Of a stretch of DNA of 64,000 nt, positions 59,801 through 64,000 are shown one piece after another (position 1 is the first letter of the stretch; every line of letters starts with the position of its first letter). The stretch covers positions 454,644 through 518,643 of the IMG/VR virus record IMGVR_UViG_3300017917_001342; one strand, given 5' to 3'. The notes beneath the pieces were generated by a model, which saw only the letters and a list, made by a program, of their open reading frames with translations, did not search any database and had not been told where the DNA came from. The translations under genes were made by a program, and so were the position numbers.

Positions 59801-62800
59801 TTGGCGGCAGTGCTTGGTTTGCAGGTGCTGTAAATGCCGGAGGTACTGCAACTGTTAACGCATTGATTAGTAACACAACTATAAACGGCGGTGTTACAAC
59901 CGTTACAACATTCCAATCAAACGGCGCTACTGTCAACAGCTTAAACAGTAACACCAATGTTGTTGCTACCAATCTGCAATCAACCGGCACTGCAACTGTT
60001 GCATCGTTGGTTAGCAATGGTTCTATAACTGGTACTACTATAAACGGCACTGCTGCAACTGTTACATCACTTCAAAGCAGTGGTACGGCAACTGTTGCAT
60101 CATTAACTAGCAACGGTGCTGTTAGTGGTACTAACGGTACATTTACTGGTGCACTTTATGCCGGTAGTTTCAACACTGCTGGTACAGCTACAGTAAATGC
60201 ATTGATAAGCAATGGTGCAATAACTGGTACTACAATCAATGGTACTGCGGCAACTGTTACATCACTTCAAAGCAGTGGCACAGCAACAGTAAACTCACTG
60301 GTAAGCAACAGTTCAATAACTGCTACAACTATCTCTGGTACTGCACTCACTGTAACAAGTATACAAAATAGCGGCACTACCACAGTGCAGAGTTTAAACA
60401 GCAATACCAATGTGGTTGCAACCAATCTACAAAGTACAAGTACTGCAACCGTTGCAAGTCTTGTAAGCAATGGTGCTGTCAGTGGTACCAGTGGTACATT
60501 TACTGGCAGTTTATACAGCGGCAGTTTTAACACTGCCGGCGTTGCCACTGTTAACAGTTTAGTAAGCAACGGTGCCATTTCGGCTACAACTATATCTGGT
60601 ACCGCACTCACTGTTACCAGTATACAAAACAGTGGCACAACTACAGTACAGAGTTTGAATAGCAATACCAACGTAGTAGCTACTAACCTGCAATCAACTG
60701 GTGCTGCAACTGTTGCATTGTTAACCAGTAACGGTGCTGTTAGTGGTACTAGTGGTACGTTCACTGGCGCTTTATACAGTGGTAGTTTTAATAGTGCAGG
60801 CACTGCAACGGTAAACAGTTTAGTGAGCAATGGTGCAATTACTGCGACTACCATAACAGGTACCGCTGCAATTGTTACAAGTTTACAGAATAGCGGTACT
60901 GCAACTGTAAACGCACTTGTTTCAAACGTTTATGGGTTGTTTGGTCAAAACGTAACTGTTAACTCAACCAACGCATCAACTAGCACAACAACCGGTGCAC
61001 TGATACTTGCAGGTGGTGCAGGTATCGGCGGCAACATCAATGTCGGCGGTGCGAATAACTTATTCACAAATAAAGTTGGTATTGGTACCAGCACGGTTAC
61101 AGGCGCAAGAGCAAACGTACTTGCTGTTTACGGCAACGCAGACATTTACGGCAATATCGATCTTGCTAATCCTGCTGGTGGTACTAGTGGCATTTACTTC
61201 AGTGATGGTACATATCAAACCAGTGCTGCTGGTTCTACAACACCGTATAGCAATACCAACGTTGCTAGTTACCTAAGCGGGCCTGTCAGAGTTGGCAACC
61301 TAAGTATTGTTAACACCACAGCAAGTACTAGCACACTCACTGGTGCATTACTCTTGGGCGGCGGTGCAGGTATTCAAGGTGCAGTTCACATAGGCGGATT
61401 GATCTACGGCGCAAGTACGCTAAACATAGCAGGCACTGCACAGGTCAACAGTTTGATCAGTAACGGTGCTGTTAGTGGTACAACTGGTACGTTTACTTCG
61501 GCACTTTATAGTGCTAGCTTCAACACTGCTGGTGTTGCTACTGTGAACAGTTTAGTGAGCAACAGTTCTGTAAGTGGCACCTCTGGTACATTTACCGGTG
61601 CACTATATAGTGGTAGTTTTAATACCGCGGGTGTTGCTACAGTTAACTCATTGGTAAGCAATAGTTCTGTAAGTGGCACCTCTGGTACATTTACTGGTGC
61701 TCTGTATAGTGGTAGTTTTAATACCGCGGGTGTTGCTATAGTTAACTCATTGACTAGCAATGGTTCAATAAGTGGTACAACAGGTACATTTACATCACTA
61801 CAGAGTAGTGGTACTGCAACAGTTGCAAGTCTTGTAAGTAACGGGGCTGTAAGTGGCACAAGTGGTACATTTACTGGTGCATTGTACGGTGGTAGTTTCA
61901 ACAGTGCAGGTACAGTTACAGTTAACACACTGGTAAGCAATGGTGCGATTTCGGCTACAACTATCTCTGGTACCGCACTCACTGTAACAAGTATACAAAA
62001 CAGCGGAACTACTACGGTTCAAAGCCTAAACAGCAATACCAACGTAGTAGCTACTAACCTGCAATCAACTGGATTAACCAGTGTTGCAAGTCTCAATGTA
62101 AACGCAGGTATTACCACACAAACATTGACTACAAGCGGTGCTGCAATAGTAAGCAGTTTAACTAGCAACAGTACTATTCAAAGTGCAGGTGCTCTTACTG
62201 CTGCATCAATTACCAGCAATGCTGGCATAAGCGGCGCAAGTGCTACTATCACTAACAATCTATATTCTGGAACTGCAAATATCAACGGTGCATTGCAAGC
62301 AGGTAGCGTAGCAAGCAACGGTGCAGTCAGTGGCACTAGTGGTACGTTTACTGGCGCATTGTATGGCGGTAACTTTAATACAGCAGGCACTGCTACTGTT
62401 AATGCACTAGTAAGCAACACTGATGTTAAAACTGCAACAGTGAACGCATCAAGTACTATAGTTGGTGCTAACATTTACAGCAATGGATTTGTACAAAGCG
62501 CAGGTACTGTCACCGGCCAGGCGATTTCAAGTAACACAACTGTTACAGCCGGAACAGGACTCACAGTTACCAGTGGCGGCATGACCGTAACAGGTACTAG
62601 TAGCTTTACTGGTAATGTCAACATCACAGGCAACGTTAATGTTACTGGTTCGATTAATTCCACGGCATCTAATATACTTGTAGTACAAGACCCACTTATC
62701 TATGTAGGTCAAAATAACCCAAGTGATCTCTATGATCTGGGTATAGTAGGTGCATACACAGAAGGCAGTTATTACAATACAGGTATTGTTCGTAATCACA

Positions 62801-64000
62801 TTGACAATTTCTGGACTGTGTTTGATACACTAACTGCAACTCCCAATGTCATTACAGGTAATATTGATTGGACAGACAGCACACTTACCTATGGTCCGTT
62901 CAAAGCCGGTAACATTGTTGTTGCAGGCAATACTGCTAGTATCGGTACTACCACCGGTGCTATGGTTATTAATGGTACTGGTGGATTAGGTGTAGGCGGT
63001 AGACTCAACGTAGGCAGCAGTGCTTGGTTCGCAGGCGCTGTAAATGCTGGCGGTACTGCAACTGTTAATGCATTGATTAGTAATACAACTATCAATGGTG
63101 GCATAACAACGGTTACAACCTTCCAATCAAATGGTGCTACAGTTAACAGCTTAAACAGTAACACCAATGTCGTTGCTACTAACATACAATCAACTGGCGC
63201 TGCTACAGTTGCAAGTCTAACAAGTAATGGTGCAATTACCGGTACTACAATAAATGGTACCAGTGCAACAGTGACAAGTCTACAAAACAGTGGTACAGAA
63301 ACTGTTAATGCGTTAATAAGCAATGTCTATGGTGTATTTGGACAAAACCTAACTGTTAGATCATCTAATGCCAGTACTAGCACTACAACAGGTGCATTTG
63401 TAGTCAGCGGTGGAATAGGTGCTGCTGGTGCAATACATGCAGGTGGTCAAATCTACAGTGCAAGTACACTGAATATTGCAGGTACTGCACAGGTAAACAG
63501 TTTAATCAGCAATGGTGCAATCACTGGAACTACTGCAACTGTAACTTCGTTGCAGAACAGCGGTACCGAAACTGTTAATGCATTGGTTGCAAATGTCTAC
63601 GGTATATTTGGACAAAACGTAACTGTTAACTCAACCAACGCATCAACTAGCACAACAACAGGTGCTCTACAAGTTGCCGGTGGTGTAGGTATCAGTGGCA
63701 ATCTCAATGTGGGTGGCGCAAATAACCTATTCACTAATCAGGTAGGTATTGGTACTAGTACTGTAACAGGTGCTCGTGCTAACGTATTGTCTGTATATGG
63801 TAGTGAAAATATATTTGGTAACCTAGTTATTGCAAATACTGCGGCAGGCGGCAGCGGCATTTACTTCCCAGACGGCTCATTCCAAACTACTGGTACTGCA
63901 ATAGGCGGTGTAAACCAAAGTGTTCAGTTCAACGACAATGGCCTGTTTGGTGGACAAACTAACTTTATCTATGACAAAACTAATATTCGTCTTGGTATTG
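56824..64000 (+). CDS. Giant repetitive virion/tail-fibre protein (>2390 aa, 3'-truncated; absent from ORF track)
   Basis: ATG at 56824 (MVAKSQDFVVKHGLQV). Frame 1 read as open at the points checked, up to the window end (..NFIYDKTNIRLGI). Shares modules with 22176..26954. Confidence 0.85.
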   Translation, partial: MVAKSQDFVVKHGLQVSSNLVVGAYTGFASSQQINNGAIISGNVGIGTSTVIAGTRLQVTNGNLRISSANTGILFQDGTLQTTAATNTPSYGLPYTIQFAGAANTFSGDSTNLVWNNTTATLQANNIAVTGTTPATTFGTGSLTTAGGASIGGNLYIGGNFTVGGQVNFSNVGGIQNLVVTSLTSNTTVQAATTVQGNNLIANLTLGVGTTVAAYPIDVYGNIHIGNTATASGLVFPDGSFQTTAARNTPSFGAQGTVQFAGAANAFSGNTDNFFWDTANTQLNVNRLKVNSTATVQSLNSNTNVVATNIQSTGQATVASLVSNSTISGTAATFTSLQNSGSTTVQSLNSNTNIVATNLQSTGQASVSTLISNGAVSGTTGTFGAGLQSGAATVSSLNSNTNVVATNLQSTGTATVNALTSNGAISGTSINGTVGTFTSLQNSGTATVQSLNSNTNVVATNLQSTGQASVASLVSNGAISATTISGTASTFTSIQNSGTTTVQSLNSNTNVVATNLQSTAQTTVQSLVVNTNITTATLNSTGAAQVSSLTSNTNITSQTGVFASNVGIGTTVLYTGDALRVVGGNINVAVSGTGILFPDGSFQQSSAGSSAAGTDKAVQFNNGGLFAGQTNFIFDKTNIRLGIGTTNLTNSLMVFSATPALFNTTNGADQQLIVGNTETTGIVLGFNSSSGTGVNTYGYLSAVGAAAKNISLTKTGTGIGGITIPQNTLDVGGGVAIGFTYAGSITAPSNGLLVQGTIGVGSSAPISKLDVIGGAAFTGAVSAGGALSANSVTSNTFVRTATVNASSTIVGANLYSNGFVQSAGTVTGQAVVSNSTVTASTGLSVTAGGMTVTGTSSFTGNVNITGNVNVTGSINSTESNILVVQDPLIYVGQNNPGDLYDLGIVGAYTEGSYYNTGIVRNHIDNFWTVFDTLTATPNVITGNIDWTDSTLTYGPFKAGNIVVAGNTASTGTNSGAMIINGTGGLGVGGRINVGGSAWFAGAVNAGGTATVNALISNTTINGGVTTVTTFQSNGATVNSLNSNTNVVATNLQSTGTATVASLVSNGSITGTTINGTAATVTSLQSSGTATVASLTSNGAVSGTNGTFTGALYAGSFNTAGTATVNALISNGAITGTTINGTAATVTSLQSSGTATVNSLVSNSSITATTISGTALTVTSIQNSGTTTVQSLNSNTNVVATNLQSTSTATVASLVSNGAVSGTSGTFTGSLYSGSFNTAGVATVNSLVSNGAISATTISGTALTVTSIQNSGTTTVQSLNSNTNVVATNLQSTGAATVALLTSNGAVSGTSGTFTGALYSGSFNSAGTATVNSLVSNGAITATTITGTAAIVTSLQNSGTATVNALVSNVYGLFGQNVTVNSTNASTSTTTGALILAGGAGIGGNINVGGANNLFTNKVGIGTSTVTGARANVLAVYGNADIYGNIDLANPAGGTSGIYFSDGTYQTSAAGSTTPYSNTNVASYLSGPVRVGNLSIVNTTASTSTLTGALLLGGGAGIQGAVHIGGLIYGASTLNIAGTAQVNSLISNGAVSGTTGTFTSALYSASFNTAGVATVNSLVSNSSVSGTSGTFTGALYSGSFNTAGVATVNSLVSNSSVSGTSGTFTGALYSGSFNTAGVAIVNSLTSNGSISGTTGTFTSLQSSGTATVASLVSNGAVSGTSGTFTGALYGGSFNSAGTVTVNTLVSNGAISATTISGTALTVTSIQNSGTTTVQSLNSNTNVVATNLQSTGLTSVASLNVNAGITTQTLTTSGAAIVSSLTSNSTIQSAGALTAASITSNAGISGASATITNNLYSGTANINGALQAGSVASNGAVSGTSGTFTGALYGGNFNTAGTATVNALVSNTDVKTATVNASSTIVGANIYSNGFVQSAGTVTGQAISSNTTVTAGTGLTVTSGGMTVTGTSSFTGNVNITGNVNVTGSINSTASNILVVQDPLIYVGQNNPSDLYDLGIVGAYTEGSYYNTGIVRNHIDNFWTVFDTLTATPNVITGNIDWTDSTLTYGPFKAGNIVVAGNTASIGTTTGAMVINGTGGLGVGGRLNVGSSAWFAGAVNAGGTATVNALISNTTINGGITTVTTFQSNGATVNSLNSNTNVVATNIQSTGAATVASLTSNGAITGTTINGTSATVTSLQNSGTETVNALISNVYGVFGQNLTVRSSNASTSTTTGAFVVSGGIGAAGAIHAGGQIYSASTLNIAGTAQVNSLISNGAITGTTATVTSLQNSGTETVNALVANVYGIFGQNVTVNSTNASTSTTTGALQVAGGVGISGNLNVGGANNLFTNQVGIGTSTVTGARANVLSVYGSENIFGNLVIANTAAGGSGIYFPDGSFQTTGTAIGGVNQSVQFNDNGLFGGQTNFIYDKTNIRLGI
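59221..63270 (+). repeat. Long internal direct repeat (~59221-60060 vs ~62431-63270, offset 3210 bp)
   Basis: Near-identical stretches, e.g. aatggatttgtacaaagcgcaggtactgt and cgtaatcacattgacaatttctggac in both copies. Confidence 0.85.
61501..61760 (+). repeat. 99-bp (33-aa) tandem coding repeat
   Basis: ALYSGSFNTAGVATVNSLVSNSSVSGTSGTFTG repeated about 2.6 times. Confidence 0.75.

Noticed and set aside
57700-63300. CRISPR array or DGR template/variable repeat pair
   Set aside because: The repeats are in-frame coding units without unique spacers, differences are not visibly adenine-specific, and no reverse transcriptase is present in the window.

Overview
This 64 kb window is a densely coded, AT-rich segment of a large tailed dsDNA (jumbo, T4-like) phage genome read in the standard code. 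The host is probably proteobacterial (ClpA with an IGF loop, CbpA-like J protein, DUF465, sigma70-type promoters). From left to right it contains: two twitch/SPASM radical SAM genes; a Cys-less QueF homologue with DHFR and ThyA; small early genes, a MoxR AAA+/VWA-peptidase pair and a T4-type RNase H; a 7-deazaguanine DNA-modification region (QueE, FolE, TGT-like DpdA, a GT-B glycosyltransferase and a DpdL/QueD-like T-fold protein); large virion and collagen-like proteins; a J-protein/peptide deformylase/ClpA operon; a T4-T-like holin; a late operon combining a RuBisCO-like protein with nucleotidyltransferase, cupin, phosphodiesterase and GT2-TPR glycosyltransferases; PhoH; and very large tail/fibre genes, one missing from the ORF track because it runs off the window end. 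The most notable observations are: (i) two phycobiliprotein-like domains with an intact Cys-x-Arg-Asp bilin site inside a putative virion protein; (ii) the RLP-centred putative virion-glycosylation operon; (iii) a glycosyltransferase inside the deazaguanine cluster; (iv) repeated TAAATA late promoters built into hairpins that cover the RBS or start codon. All family calls come from motif recognition by eye, not database searches.
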